NCBI GenBank assembly: GCA_035510735.1
Contig: DATKGN010000004.1
Coordinates: 243,810-307,809 of the forward strand
Direction of reading: 5' to 3'
DNA length: 64,000 bases
Origin: Patescibacteria group bacterium
GTDB taxonomy: Bacteria > Patescibacteriota > Microgenomatia > UBA10105 > UBA927
Shown: positions 17,663 to 29,111 of the stretch, piece after piece
Numbering within the stretch: position 1 is the first letter of the stretch
Layout of the letters: each line of letters opens with the position of its first letter
Notes under the pieces: model-generated
Told to the model about the DNA's origin: nothing
Databases searched by the model: none
The model's input: the letters and a program-made list of their open reading frames with translations, nothing else
Program-made: the position numbers and the translations under genes

Positions 17663-19267
17663 ATGGATGATCAACCATTAACAACCGGCACAGTCGTGAT
17701 GAGCGATATTCCCCAATCCCCGCAGGAGACAGTCCCGCCACCGGATTTAGGAATTACTCCGTCGCCTGTGTCTCCCGCGCCCTCTGCGCCTCTGGAGCCT
17801 CCTCAGCCGGCAGCCGCGCCGCCTCCCGATCAGGCGTTTGTCGTCCCATCGGCCCCGACGAATGCTAACCCGTTTATACCACAAACAGTACCTGAGGATA
17901 TACAAAATCAGGCTCCTGTAGAAATTCCGGCGTCTCCACTACCGGCAAGGAATCCGTGGATTAAACGATTTCTTCTTATTGGGGTCATTCTTATCGTTAT
18001 AGCTGTTGCGGTTCTCGGGTTAAATAAACTGGGAATCGGCGGCTCCGCTTTATCAGGTAATGCGAGTCTCACATATTGGGGTCTATGGGAAAATGACGCC
18101 ACAATGCAAAGCGTGCTTGCCAGTTTTGAAGCCGCGCATCCAAACGTGAAAGTAACCTACACTCAGCAATCACCACAACAATACCGGGAGAGGCTGCAGG
18201 CCGCGCTCGGCAGGGGAGACGGGCCGGACGTATTCCGATTCCATAATACATGGGTTCCGATGCTCGCAACCAGTCTATCTACGGCTCCCAGTACGATTAT
18301 GACTGTGCCGCAATTTAACTCGACGTTTTATCCGGTCGCCAACGATGACTTGGTCGGGGGATCCGCAATTTACGGGCTTCCCATCATGATTGACGGCTTG
18401 GGCCTCTATTATAATGAAGACCTGTTTGCCGCAGCAGGCGTCACGCCGCCGACGACTTGGGAGGATGTCCTCAACATCGTTCCGAAATTAACAGTAAAAA
18501 ATGATACGACCATCGTAACGTCAGCTATTGCGCTCGGGACGACCGGTAATGTCGAAAATTACAGTGATATTGTGGCTACTATGATGCTCCAAAACGGTGC
18601 AAAACTGTCCATTCCGTCTGATTCAAAGGCCCAGGAAGCGTTGGTGTTTTATCGTAAGTTTTCGAACCCCTCAGATCCTGTGTATACATGGAATGATTCC
18701 ATGGATAATTCCATCTATGCGTTTGCCAACGGGAAAGTGGCGATGATTTTGGCGCCGTCCTGGCGCGTGTTTGATATTAAACAGATGAATCCACAGCTGA
18801 ATTTTAAAGTTGTGCCTATTCCACAACTACCGGGAAATACCATTAACTGGGCTTCTTATTGGGTCGAAGGTGTTTCTTTAAAGAGTAAGCATCAGGCACA
18901 GGCTTGGGAGTTGGTGCAATACATGACAAGTCATGACGTTGTCTCGAAATTTTATACCGAGGCCGCCAAGACGCGATTATTCGGAGAGCCGTATGCCCGT
19001 GTGGATCTGGGCAACACCATTGTTGACGATCCGTATGTCGGAGCGTATATTAAGGAGGCGCCGACGGCAAAATCGTTCCCGCTCGCATCCCGAACATTTG
19101 ATAACGGTATAAATGATAAATTAATCAAATATCTCGGAGACGCGATAAATGCAGTCGGAGCGGGTACATCTCCGAGTGACGCATTAAATACAGCAGCAAG
19201 CGGGTTTGCTCAGGTTTTTTCTAGTTATGGTTTAACGACAGGTCCTGCTCCGACTACAACTCCGTAA
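17663..19267 (+). CDS. Extracellular solute-binding protein (SBP family 1-like), Pro-rich N-terminal linker and TM anchor
   Basis: Pro/Ala-rich low-complexity N-terminus, one TM helix, then LTYWGLWEND...KVTYT. SBP-like fold signature inferred from motif spacing. Confidence 0.55.
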   Translation: MDDQPLTTGTVVMSDIPQSPQETVPPPDLGITPSPVSPAPSAPLEPPQPAAAPPPDQAFVVPSAPTNANPFIPQTVPEDIQNQAPVEIPASPLPARNPWIKRFLLIGVILIVIAVAVLGLNKLGIGGSALSGNASLTYWGLWENDATMQSVLASFEAAHPNVKVTYTQQSPQQYRERLQAALGRGDGPDVFRFHNTWVPMLATSLSTAPSTIMTVPQFNSTFYPVANDDLVGGSAIYGLPIMIDGLGLYYNEDLFAAAGVTPPTTWEDVLNIVPKLTVKNDTTIVTSAIALGTTGNVENYSDIVATMMLQNGAKLSIPSDSKAQEALVFYRKFSNPSDPVYTWNDSMDNSIYAFANGKVAMILAPSWRVFDIKQMNPQLNFKVVPIPQLPGNTINWASYWVEGVSLKSKHQAQAWELVQYMTSHDVVSKFYTEAAKTRLFGEPYARVDLGNTIVDDPYVGAYIKEAPTAKSFPLASRTFDNGINDKLIKYLGDAINAVGAGTSPSDALNTAASGFAQVFSSYGLTTGPAPTTTP

Positions 19268-19269
19268 GT

Positions 19270-20169
19270 ATGGCTTTAATGATCTCTGATTATCTTTATG
19301 CAACGGTTGCCTATGCTGATATATTTGATTATCCGCTCTCTACGGACGATCTTTACTATTGGTGTATCCAGCGGGTCCCGCGGAAAAACTTCCGTACGTC
19401 TACTGTGCCCGGTGTTGACCGTTCCGGATATCAACTATTTTTAAAGGGACGGCAAAGCGTGCTTCATACGTACGAAGAGCGTCATGGCGGGTCAAAACGT
19501 AAATGGGAGACTGCACGGCTTGTTGCCCGATGGCTTCAACTCATTCCCACAATATTTCTCGTCGGTGTGACGGGAGGAGTCGCCGTTAATAATGCGGAGC
19601 GGCATGATGATATTGACCTGTTTTTTATCACCGCGCGCGGCACATTATGGATAAGCCGCTTACTTGTGACGATTGCCGTTGATCTTTTGGGTATGCGTCG
19701 GAAGCCGGGCGCCACCAATGTTGCCAATAAAATTTGCCTCAATATGTTTATGAGCGAAGAGGCGATGTGTCTTTCAAAGGGAGAGCAGGACCTATTTAGC
19801 GCCCACGAGGTATTGCAGATGGAGCCCCTGTGGTCGAGAAAAAACACCTATTGGCGTTTTTTACAGGCAAATATTTGGGTAAAAAAATACCTTCCCGTTG
19901 CATGGAATATCAAACAAACCGGCCATAATCAACATCCGAAGATTTCCCACTGGTGGACCAGGTGGTCCCGGAAGGTTCTCCGGCTTTTTGAAACACCGGC
20001 AAAATATTTCCAACTCTGGTATATGGCGCGCAGGAGGACACGTGAAATTATACGGGATGGCGTTTTACGGTTTCATCCGCATGATGCGAGGGCGTGGATA
20101 CGCCATGCGTTTGAAGTTCGGTTAGCCAAACGAAAAATACCTATTGACAAGATTTTTTATACCCGATAA
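19270..20169 (+). CDS. Nucleotidyltransferase-fold (Pol-beta-like) domain protein
   Basis: GVTGGVAVNNAERHDDIDLFF fits the hG[GS]x9-13Dh[DE]h minimal NTase motif. Confidence 0.4.
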   Translation: MALMISDYLYATVAYADIFDYPLSTDDLYYWCIQRVPRKNFRTSTVPGVDRSGYQLFLKGRQSVLHTYEERHGGSKRKWETARLVARWLQLIPTIFLVGVTGGVAVNNAERHDDIDLFFITARGTLWISRLLVTIAVDLLGMRRKPGATNVANKICLNMFMSEEAMCLSKGEQDLFSAHEVLQMEPLWSRKNTYWRFLQANIWVKKYLPVAWNIKQTGHNQHPKISHWWTRWSRKVLRLFETPAKYFQLWYMARRRTREIIRDGVLRFHPHDARAWIRHAFEVRLAKRKIPIDKIFYTR

Positions 20170-20170
20170 A

Positions 20171-20197
20171 ATAGCAGTCACTTCTTAAGACTGCCAA
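20171..20197 (+). promoter_or_regulatory. Degenerate CIRCE-like inverted repeat (HrcA operator candidate) upstream of groES
   Basis: ATAGCAGTC-N9-GACTGCCAA against the CIRCE consensus TTAGCACTC-N9-GAGTGCTAA (7/9 + 7/9, correct 9 bp spacer). Lies 53 bp upstream of the groES start; a TATATAAAT -10-like box and RBS aaaggagga follow. Confidence 0.4.
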
Positions 20198-20249
20198 CGA
20201 CTTCCAGAAAGTTCAAAGAAGTATATAAATTATTTTTAAAGGAGGAATC

Positions 20250-20546
20250 ATGGCCAAGTTAAATATAAAGCCGTTGTTTGATAATGTTCTCATTAAGCCC
20301 CTAGAAGCTGAAGAAAAGCTTCCTTCAGGAATTATCCTTCCCGATAGCGCGAAAGAAAAACCCCAGATGGGTGAAGTGATGGCCGTAGGCCCGGGATCTG
20401 TTGATGAGAAGGGCAAAGAAGTGAAGATGGTCGTGAAAGTCGGCATGAAGGTTATGTATAAAAAGTGGGGAGGCAATGAAGTTAAAGTAAACGGCGCCGA
20501 ATGGATGCTCGTTGAGCAGAAGGATATATTGGCAATTGTTGAATAA
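20250..20546 (+). CDS. groES: Co-chaperonin GroES
   Basis: 98 aa, MAKLNIKPLFDNVLIKPLEAEEKLPSGIILPDSAKEKPQMGEVMAVGPG. Confidence 0.95.
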   Translation: MAKLNIKPLFDNVLIKPLEAEEKLPSGIILPDSAKEKPQMGEVMAVGPGSVDEKGKEVKMVVKVGMKVMYKKWGGNEVKVNGAEWMLVEQKDILAIVE

Positions 20547-20559
20547 GAATATAAATGTT

Positions 20560-20588
20560 GTCCTCCTTCGCGTAAAGCTACGGAGGAC
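20560..20588. repeat. Hairpin repeat family 2 copy between groES and groEL
   Basis: GTCCTCC-TTCGCGTAAAGCTAC-GGAGGAC. Same loop as 6186-6213. Confidence 0.6.
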
Positions 20589-20621
20589 TTAAGACTCGCT
20601 AAATCAAAATAAGAATTTTGA

Positions 20622-22304
<1,683 letters not shown>

Positions 22305-22334
22305 ACCCAACATTGTAACTAAGTGTATAAACTC

Positions 22335-22362
22335 AAAACCCCGCTCCCAAGCGGGGTTTTGG
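22335..22362 (+). terminator. Rho-independent terminator after groEL
   Basis: AAAA-CCCCGC-tcccaa-GCGGGG-TTTTGG. GC stem followed by a T-run, 31 bp after the groEL stop. Confidence 0.8.
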
Positions 22363-22369
22363 TAGAAGA

Positions 22370-23593
22370 ATGAAGAAAGATTATCTGCATCTCAAAGAGG
22401 TTGATCGTCAAGAGCTTCTTGTTGTTTTGTTGGGATATTTCGGTAATGCTTCAAGTCTGGCGGTAAATGTACAGCGATATCAAAAAGCAGGCAGCAAAGA
22501 TTTTTTGATTGTTGAAATGGATAAGGAAAGTAAAATACAGAAAGTGAGTTTATCTAGTCACTTTCCAGTAACTAAACTCGAGGAAATAGAAAGCCTTATT
22601 GAAAAAACTCTTTTAAAAAAAAATTCGAGTGTTGGGCATACAATACTTTTCTGTCATGAACCGATAAATGGTTACTTTATTTATAAAGATGAATTTCAAA
22701 TTTTACCAGTACCAAAGGAGGCTCCTCGTCCGGAAGTCTCTTGGGCTGATCATCCCTTCGTTTTGGAGTTTAGATACGAGGGTTCAGATAATCCAAGTGT
22801 AGACTCAATTCGTAAAGGTAATAAGATAACAACATATACACGAATCCTTAATTTACTATTAAACCGAAGCGTAAGCGCTGGTTGGAAGTATGCTCGATTT
22901 GAATGGATATACAATACCGATGATATTCGTCATATGACTTCTCAATGGAAGCAGGTGGGGTATACCTTTCAAGGTGTGAATTTCGACGGTAGTTCTTTTA
23001 CGAGTATAGTTGACATACCAGAACTAAAAAGAGTCGCTAATACAGATTATTATAAAGAATTCTATAGAGGAACTGGAGAATTGCAGCTACCTGATAATCT
23101 CGAGTCATCTCTGGATTCGGCATTTAATCTTCCGGAGGAATTATATAAGAAATTTTTTATGTCTATTAGTTGGCTATCATTTTATAATCATCTTTGGAAT
23201 GTTTCCGCTTCTTCTGCTTTTATAGCTTTAGTTTCTGCGATTGAATGTTTAATTAGAAATTCGGAAATATGTAATGTTTGTCATCAAAATTATGTGGATG
23301 AACTTGACTTTTGTCCAAATTGTAAGCAGCAAAGATACGGATTAACAAGAAGTTTTAAGGAATTTTTAGTGGATTTTATTCCTAATATAAAGAGTTTCCC
23401 TATCGAAAAAAATACTCTATATAATACGCGTTCTCAATTAGCCCACGGTTTAGAACTATTAATGTCCGATTTACAACCTTGGGGTTTTATTATGGGAGCC
23501 AAAGAACAAGAACAACGTGATTTACAAAGTAACTTGTATCGATTGACTAAAATTGGTATTTATAATTGGTTGCAGGTTAGTGGCCAAAAATAG
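22370..23593 (+). CDS. Hypothetical protein with zinc ribbon and HEPN-like Rx4H motif; candidate defence/toxin effector
   Basis: CNVCHQ...CPNCK zinc ribbon followed by NTRSQLAHG (R-x4-H) in a helical C-terminal region. The AT-rich patch appears confined to this ORF's N-terminal half. Confidence 0.4.
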   Translation: MKKDYLHLKEVDRQELLVVLLGYFGNASSLAVNVQRYQKAGSKDFLIVEMDKESKIQKVSLSSHFPVTKLEEIESLIEKTLLKKNSSVGHTILFCHEPINGYFIYKDEFQILPVPKEAPRPEVSWADHPFVLEFRYEGSDNPSVDSIRKGNKITTYTRILNLLLNRSVSAGWKYARFEWIYNTDDIRHMTSQWKQVGYTFQGVNFDGSSFTSIVDIPELKRVANTDYYKEFYRGTGELQLPDNLESSLDSAFNLPEELYKKFFMSISWLSFYNHLWNVSASSAFIALVSAIECLIRNSEICNVCHQNYVDELDFCPNCKQQRYGLTRSFKEFLVDFIPNIKSFPIEKNTLYNTRSQLAHGLELLMSDLQPWGFIMGAKEQEQRDLQSNLYRLTKIGIYNWLQVSGQK

Positions 23594-23844
23594 TGTTCCA
23601 TTAGTTCGATATTTTGGATATACTTTTCAATTTGTTATACCCCATTAATAATATTTTATACGCGGCGGTTTGTATCGGACTTGCGAATCTTCCGTATAAA
23701 CAATAAAGGGACAAGAGACCAAGGCAGTTTAATAATCTTGTCTTATAAAGACTCGCACTAATTTCCACAAATGGGGCTCTAATTCGAAGTAAATATGCAA
23801 TTAAGTATCTTAATAAGATATAATTTTGATTAAAGATAAATAAT

Positions 23845-24726
23845 ATGGGTGGCGAAGCGAACGAATTATTGATTCAAAGACAAGCGGGAATGCTCAGTGA
23901 GTTTGACGCTGTTATCCCACCCGACTCTGTACCGTTGACCGGGCTACGAGAATACATTCATAAAGATCCGATGTCTCATAATCGGAGTCCTTTTATATTG
24001 GCTAGCGGGTATCTATATGTTCATTTATCTAATTCAACTGATGAGAGAGAAAGATTACGCAGACTATTTGATATAGAACCTTCACTTATTAATAAGAGTG
24101 TCATGGATGTAATCAAATCTAAATTAGCGTCAGCGCAATTTAAACACCCGGGTTGGAAATTAGTAACAGATATATTGTATTCTGCTTTGGATTCCGCAAT
24201 TACTAAGCCAATAACGCATAAATTTGTTTTAAACTCACGTAGCCAAGTTTTAGGATGGGGAGAATGCGCGTATGCTGAGGATAGCTTCGCATCAGCATTA
24301 GATATATTTGATTCTGGCTTGGACGAAAAATTAGCATTTTTTTGTGATGAAAATGAAGAACCTGTTATAGCTCAAAAGATTGGCAAAGATGTTAGATTTG
24401 ATGGAGGTCGAGAGTCAACAGCCACGGCGATAGCGCTAAAACCATTAGCGGTTCAAGAGATTTTGGTTCCTCCTGGTACTTTGTTAGGTATTCGAACACG
24501 GAATGAATCGTACATCGGATCAGCGACGGATTTACTTGCCAGTACTTCATACATTACAGGTGTTACACCATTAAGATTCTCTACAATGGTAATCGATAAT
24601 CCCGATGAAGCCCTAGCGACTTTTGGGAAACAATATGCAGCATTACAAAAAGAATGTAAAAATGGCGTCGCTCCGACTATTCAATCTTTTATTGATTACT
24701 ATCGCACTAATATGCGAACACAATAG
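23845..24726 (+). CDS. Hypothetical protein, downstream of the HEPN-like protein
   Basis: 293 aa ORF with no recognisable motif, separated by a 250 bp AT-rich spacer. Confidence 0.35.
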   Translation: MGGEANELLIQRQAGMLSEFDAVIPPDSVPLTGLREYIHKDPMSHNRSPFILASGYLYVHLSNSTDERERLRRLFDIEPSLINKSVMDVIKSKLASAQFKHPGWKLVTDILYSALDSAITKPITHKFVLNSRSQVLGWGECAYAEDSFASALDIFDSGLDEKLAFFCDENEEPVIAQKIGKDVRFDGGRESTATAIALKPLAVQEILVPPGTLLGIRTRNESYIGSATDLLASTSYITGVTPLRFSTMVIDNPDEALATFGKQYAALQKECKNGVAPTIQSFIDYYRTNMRTQ

Positions 24727-24832
24727 GCTTGTGAATCGTTAATTTTAGCTTGTCCTCTGTTGCATTCTTCTTGAAGACTATGAAATGCACGGTTTCCGAT
24801 GAAGATCTTTGACACCCGTGTGCGATTGGATT

Positions 24833-25933
24833 TTAGGATGTGGTCAATAAAGATATTAAGTCTTTGGTGAGTAATTCCAAATCGGAAAGGCTTACCGTTT
24901 CGTTCACAGAATGATCATTCTCAACCCCTGTTGAAACGACAAAGACTTCAAGTCCCTTTTCTCCCCGCAGCGGATTTGCGTCACTTGCGACGAACGTTTC
25001 CTTTGTCTCAAATGTACCGCCGTGTTTTTCGATTATATGTTTATATTTTTGCACCAACGGCTCGTCTCCTCCTATTTCATACGCTACGGCGAGCTGATTC
25101 GTAGTAAACGTAACCTCTGCGCCGTTCCTCTTAGCAGCAGAATCAAAAAGTGACTTGAGGTGTGTAATGCGTTTGGCTAATTGTTCTTTGTTGAGGAAAC
25201 TTCTCACTTCCCCTTGGAGCGTAACATTGCCTGGCACCACATTTCTCGCTTTTCCGGCGGAAACGGTACCGATATTTAATTTCGTTCTTCCGTTATCAAG
25301 GTCACCAATATGGATGTCATTACCAATATCGAGAAAGACGGAGAGCGCATTTACGCCCTGTGATAAATCCTTGCCGGGATGGGCTTCTTTCCCCTTAATT
25401 TCAACATCAAAAGCCACATACGCTGCGCCTCGGGAAACTACGACGCCGGCTTTGAATGCGTTATCGTACACAAGGCCGCGTTTAACGTGGTAACGCGTTA
25501 AATCGAGCGCTTTTGCTCCCCGTGAACCGATTTCTTCCTGCACTGTACACGCGAGAATGAGCGGGGGATGCTTCTTTTTCCCGTTCACAATCGACCGTGT
25601 CGCTTCGAGGATGATCGATATACCGGCTATATCGTCTGCCCGCAGATTTGTGCTGCCGTCGCTGTGTAATATGTCTCCTTCTTTTACGGGTACGTGTCCT
25701 TTACTTAGCGGAACGCCATCCATGTGGGCGTTCAGAAGTATGGGTTCGCCTTCGCTCGGCAAATAACCGATAACGTTTCCGATTTCATCTACGTTTACTT
25801 CCAATCCTAAGGAGATTAATTGTTTTTGAAGATATGAAGCTACTTGTTGTTCCTGTTCTGACGGGGAATCGATGCGAGCGAGCTCCCGGAAGGTTGTTTC
25901 AATGGCCTCAATCATAACAAGGGTATTATACAC
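24833..25933 (-). CDS. M20/M42-family metallopeptidase
   Basis: NAHMDGV (metal-binding His/Asp), DDIAGISIILEA, and a Glu-rich catalytic region (VQEEIGSRG) typical of M20/M42 aminopeptidases. Confidence 0.65.
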   Translation of the reverse strand: MYNTLVMIEAIETTFRELARIDSPSEQEQQVASYLQKQLISLGLEVNVDEIGNVIGYLPSEGEPILLNAHMDGVPLSKGHVPVKEGDILHSDGSTNLRADDIAGISIILEATRSIVNGKKKHPPLILACTVQEEIGSRGAKALDLTRYHVKRGLVYDNAFKAGVVVSRGAAYVAFDVEIKGKEAHPGKDLSQGVNALSVFLDIGNDIHIGDLDNGRTKLNIGTVSAGKARNVVPGNVTLQGEVRSFLNKEQLAKRITHLKSLFDSAAKRNGAEVTFTTNQLAVAYEIGGDEPLVQKYKHIIEKHGGTFETKETFVASDANPLRGEKGLEVFVVSTGVENDHSVNETVSLSDLELLTKDLISLLTTS

Positions 25934-26145
25934 CGGATGACAAAAATTCCGATAATCCTAAATATTGAATCCCCGCATTCCTAGTTTTTTATGTTCTCCA
26001 CATGTTTACCCTGATTTTTTGTTATAATGACGCCTCAAAAGGCTATGAATCCACACGAAACACCCCCTGTTATATTTTGACTTATTTAGCCTATAGTGAT
26101 ATATTCCTTACTACTATTTAGTAGCTATAGTTAAACAATACTCAT

Positions 26146-27432
26146 ATGGGTGTCGAACAAAATCCAACCAGCTCTCCTAGCAAATCCGTTTCCCATTTGG
26201 TGAATGCAACTTTTTGGATGATTGAGGCTTTTGAACATCGTAAAGATATGACTCAACCGTGGGATGACCATGCGATAAATGGGTTACTTGCGGAACGCAA
26301 AATGGTTAATTTGCAAAATGCCCATAGTGCAGTCGTTATCGCACTGGAGCCGTACATTAGTGCGTTACGAAATGATGCATACGTTGTAGATATTGGCATC
26401 GGTGACGGACAATTATACCCGCTATTTTCAAGTGAAAAACATATCCGTCTTATCGGAATAGAGCCCGAACGACAAATGGTAGAACGAGGCGTGACACAGG
26501 GGAGACTGCCTAAAGATATTCAAATAGTAGATACATTGCCGCCATATGATGATATTCCTGATCGATCCATTGACCTTATGTACAGCGTTTCAACGTTTCA
26601 CGCAGTGTCGGAAACTCTTCTTCGATCAATCATCCGAAATTTAAAGCAGAAATTCCGGGGCGACGAACAATTTGTTGGAGTACAAGATATTGGAACAGGG
26701 AATACGTACCTACAGCACGTTTCCCGGGAAACGATGGACAGCATTAGTGAGTATATTTTACGTAAGTACGCGTTGTCTTCGTTTGATATCGGAAAACTAT
26801 TCGATCACGGTGGGTTGTTAGGACTGTATCACGAGCGGGTTCTTATGGACGTTTATCGTTCGATTTCGCATGCTGGACGTGTTCGAAATCAACGAATTGT
26901 TACCATCAATACTCCGAAGGAAATAGAGCAGCTTTCCTTCCACAAATCTTGGGATATGACACGGGAAGTTATCCAGGAAATCGCTCAATATAGGCATTCA
27001 AGCAATAATTTGACGAAATATCGCACCGAAGACGAAATTCGGGCGTATATCAAAACTGGGGATAAAAAGGGAGTTATGAAGATGATACATGCGCTTCACA
27101 GATATCTTAAATTGTTACACGAAATGCCTGATTCATATTTAAATAATCCCATATTTCAAAGAGCAAGGGTTGGTATTAGTGCGCTACTTGGATCTGTGAA
27201 GCAGGATATATATGAAGGCTATTTACAGTATGTTTTTAGTTCAGAGGGGTTTTCAGTTACCCCAAAACGTGCTACTACCTACCGGGAATATGAAGTACAT
27301 GATCCGGTCATATATCCTCCATATGCGTCATCCAGTATAGATGGAAGTTTAAATGGTGTTCCCTCACCGGGAAATCTGAGCATACTTATGAGTACGAGAG
27401 TTTTTGTGGCGGAAAACAAAATGCATGAATAG
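26146..27432 (+). CDS. Hypothetical protein with possible class I SAM-methyltransferase-like motif
   Basis: YVVDIGIGDGQLYPLF resembles MTase motif I and a later IGIEP resembles motif II. No DPPY/NPPY-type motif, so it is unlikely to be a DNA amino-MTase. Confidence 0.3.
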   Translation: MGVEQNPTSSPSKSVSHLVNATFWMIEAFEHRKDMTQPWDDHAINGLLAERKMVNLQNAHSAVVIALEPYISALRNDAYVVDIGIGDGQLYPLFSSEKHIRLIGIEPERQMVERGVTQGRLPKDIQIVDTLPPYDDIPDRSIDLMYSVSTFHAVSETLLRSIIRNLKQKFRGDEQFVGVQDIGTGNTYLQHVSRETMDSISEYILRKYALSSFDIGKLFDHGGLLGLYHERVLMDVYRSISHAGRVRNQRIVTINTPKEIEQLSFHKSWDMTREVIQEIAQYRHSSNNLTKYRTEDEIRAYIKTGDKKGVMKMIHALHRYLKLLHEMPDSYLNNPIFQRARVGISALLGSVKQDIYEGYLQYVFSSEGFSVTPKRATTYREYEVHDPVIYPPYASSSIDGSLNGVPSPGNLSILMSTRVFVAENKMHE

Positions 27433-27462
27433 TGGTGGCTCCGAGAACCGTTTGCCTATGAT

Positions 27463-28494
27463 TTGCGCATATACTATGCTTACGCTATGGCAGAGCAAGT
27501 CTATAACGAACCGGGAAGTTCTAAGAACGCATTTGAAATCCTCAAACCGCACATTGTCCCCGGCGTCGGACTCGCCGATCTTATCGGCGTTATGAACGCC
27601 CAACAACTTACGCATGAATTTGCGTTCAAAAACGTCGGAGATATTGCCCAGTGGCTTACGAAGAGTTGGTTTGCCAAATTGCCGGAAAAACTTGTAGGAA
27701 TTCTTGAAATACCAAACCCAGGGTTTGAAGAGCGGTCACCCCAACCTCTCATTTATGAAATTCCCGGAGAACATATTAGAGTGAACAAAAAACGGATTGT
27801 CGTTCATGGTGTATTTCATGCGCCGAATTACAATGAAGATGCTCCAAATATTGAATTCCCCGGGATTCTTAGAGATTATGCAAACTTCACATATACAGTG
27901 GGAGATAATTGGTTTTCAGAACAAGGGCTCGATAAGGTTTTTGGCATTTCCAATGTATGTACCCCGTTACATGACATGACGGGTTACGCATTGTCTAGGA
28001 GTACGCTTTTCGACAAAAGTCATCCAAGACCAAAAAACTTAATTGGAAAAGTTGTATATGGGTATAAATTCGCAAAGTATTTTGGTAACGAGGTTTATGG
28101 GGGAGCGAGTGAATTTCACGAAATGAATAAATTTGACGAAAGTAATAGATTATTTGAACGATATACGAACAATTTTCAGGATTTGCTTTTATTAAAGTAC
28201 TTATATAATAACTTTAAAATGCCGGAACCATTACAAATGGAAGTCAATATAGCATTGGATAGTCGTACGAAAGGATTGGGTGAGCAAAATAGAAACGGAA
28301 CAATTCAGAGGTCTCTTCTTCAAGCGTATGAAGTATCCGGTTTACTACCAGAAACAACGTTAGAAAAAGATCATAATTACATCCACGTACTTGTTGGAAT
28401 TACTCATGAACATCAGGTGGTGTACGCCCTTCAACATCCTGATTACGATCCGTTTCAAGCGGTTATCGCGGCTCAAGAACTTATTACGCGGTAA
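27463..28494 (+). CDS. Hypothetical protein
   Basis: 343 aa ORF with no recognisable motifs. Confidence 0.35.
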   Translation: MRIYYAYAMAEQVYNEPGSSKNAFEILKPHIVPGVGLADLIGVMNAQQLTHEFAFKNVGDIAQWLTKSWFAKLPEKLVGILEIPNPGFEERSPQPLIYEIPGEHIRVNKKRIVVHGVFHAPNYNEDAPNIEFPGILRDYANFTYTVGDNWFSEQGLDKVFGISNVCTPLHDMTGYALSRSTLFDKSHPRPKNLIGKVVYGYKFAKYFGNEVYGGASEFHEMNKFDESNRLFERYTNNFQDLLLLKYLYNNFKMPEPLQMEVNIALDSRTKGLGEQNRNGTIQRSLLQAYEVSGLLPETTLEKDHNYIHVLVGITHEHQVVYALQHPDYDPFQAVIAAQELITR

Positions 28495-28742
28495 ATCTTC
28501 AAGCAGGGAAGCGGTTTTTATATTCCGGTTTTGCGCGCGGTGCTATAATACGGGCTGGAGTTGAATATGCTACAGCAGAATACAGAGAATTTCTTCGGCT
28601 ATCTCTCAGAGACAGACGGAGAATAGTAGATTCTGAAATTAATAACGAGTGGTCACGAAAAGAAGATTCGCAATACTTCAACGGGTGGGCGGAAAATTTA
28701 CCCAATGGTCGGAATCGAATCGTTTGCGAAGAGCGGGGGATT

Positions 28743-29090
28743 ATGAACTATATGATCGGTGGCTTGATTGCTAAAGATGAATCGATTAACCATACCCCAC
28801 TATTATTGCTGGCAACACCCGAAGATTATTTTCATATCATAGATGTTGCGCTAGCAGATAAATTTATCCGTCCAAACGAGCTTGTTGATTTGCAAAAACA
28901 GGTGCGATCGGCAGAAGTCAGTGGTAATCACAATAACATACAAGCGGAATTATATAGATTACTTTCACTCGTGCGCGAACCGTATATTAATTTGCGGGTG
29001 CTTGGATATACGTACGCAGATTTAAAAATAGATTTTTCCAAACCTTTGGATGGGCCAGCCTACATGCCGATTCTGACACCGACTGTTTGA
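28743..29090 (+). CDS. Hypothetical protein
   Basis: 115 aa ORF with no motifs. Confidence 0.25.
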   Translation: MNYMIGGLIAKDESINHTPLLLLATPEDYFHIIDVALADKFIRPNELVDLQKQVRSAEVSGNHNNIQAELYRLLSLVREPYINLRVLGYTYADLKIDFSKPLDGPAYMPILTPTV

Positions 29091-29111
29091 TAATTTGGTA
29101 TACTAGCTGGC

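Noticed and set aside
28499-28705. 68 aa minus-strand ORF in an intergenic region
   Set aside because: Short, no RBS, no motif, and lies in the 3' flank of a + strand gene. Likely noise.
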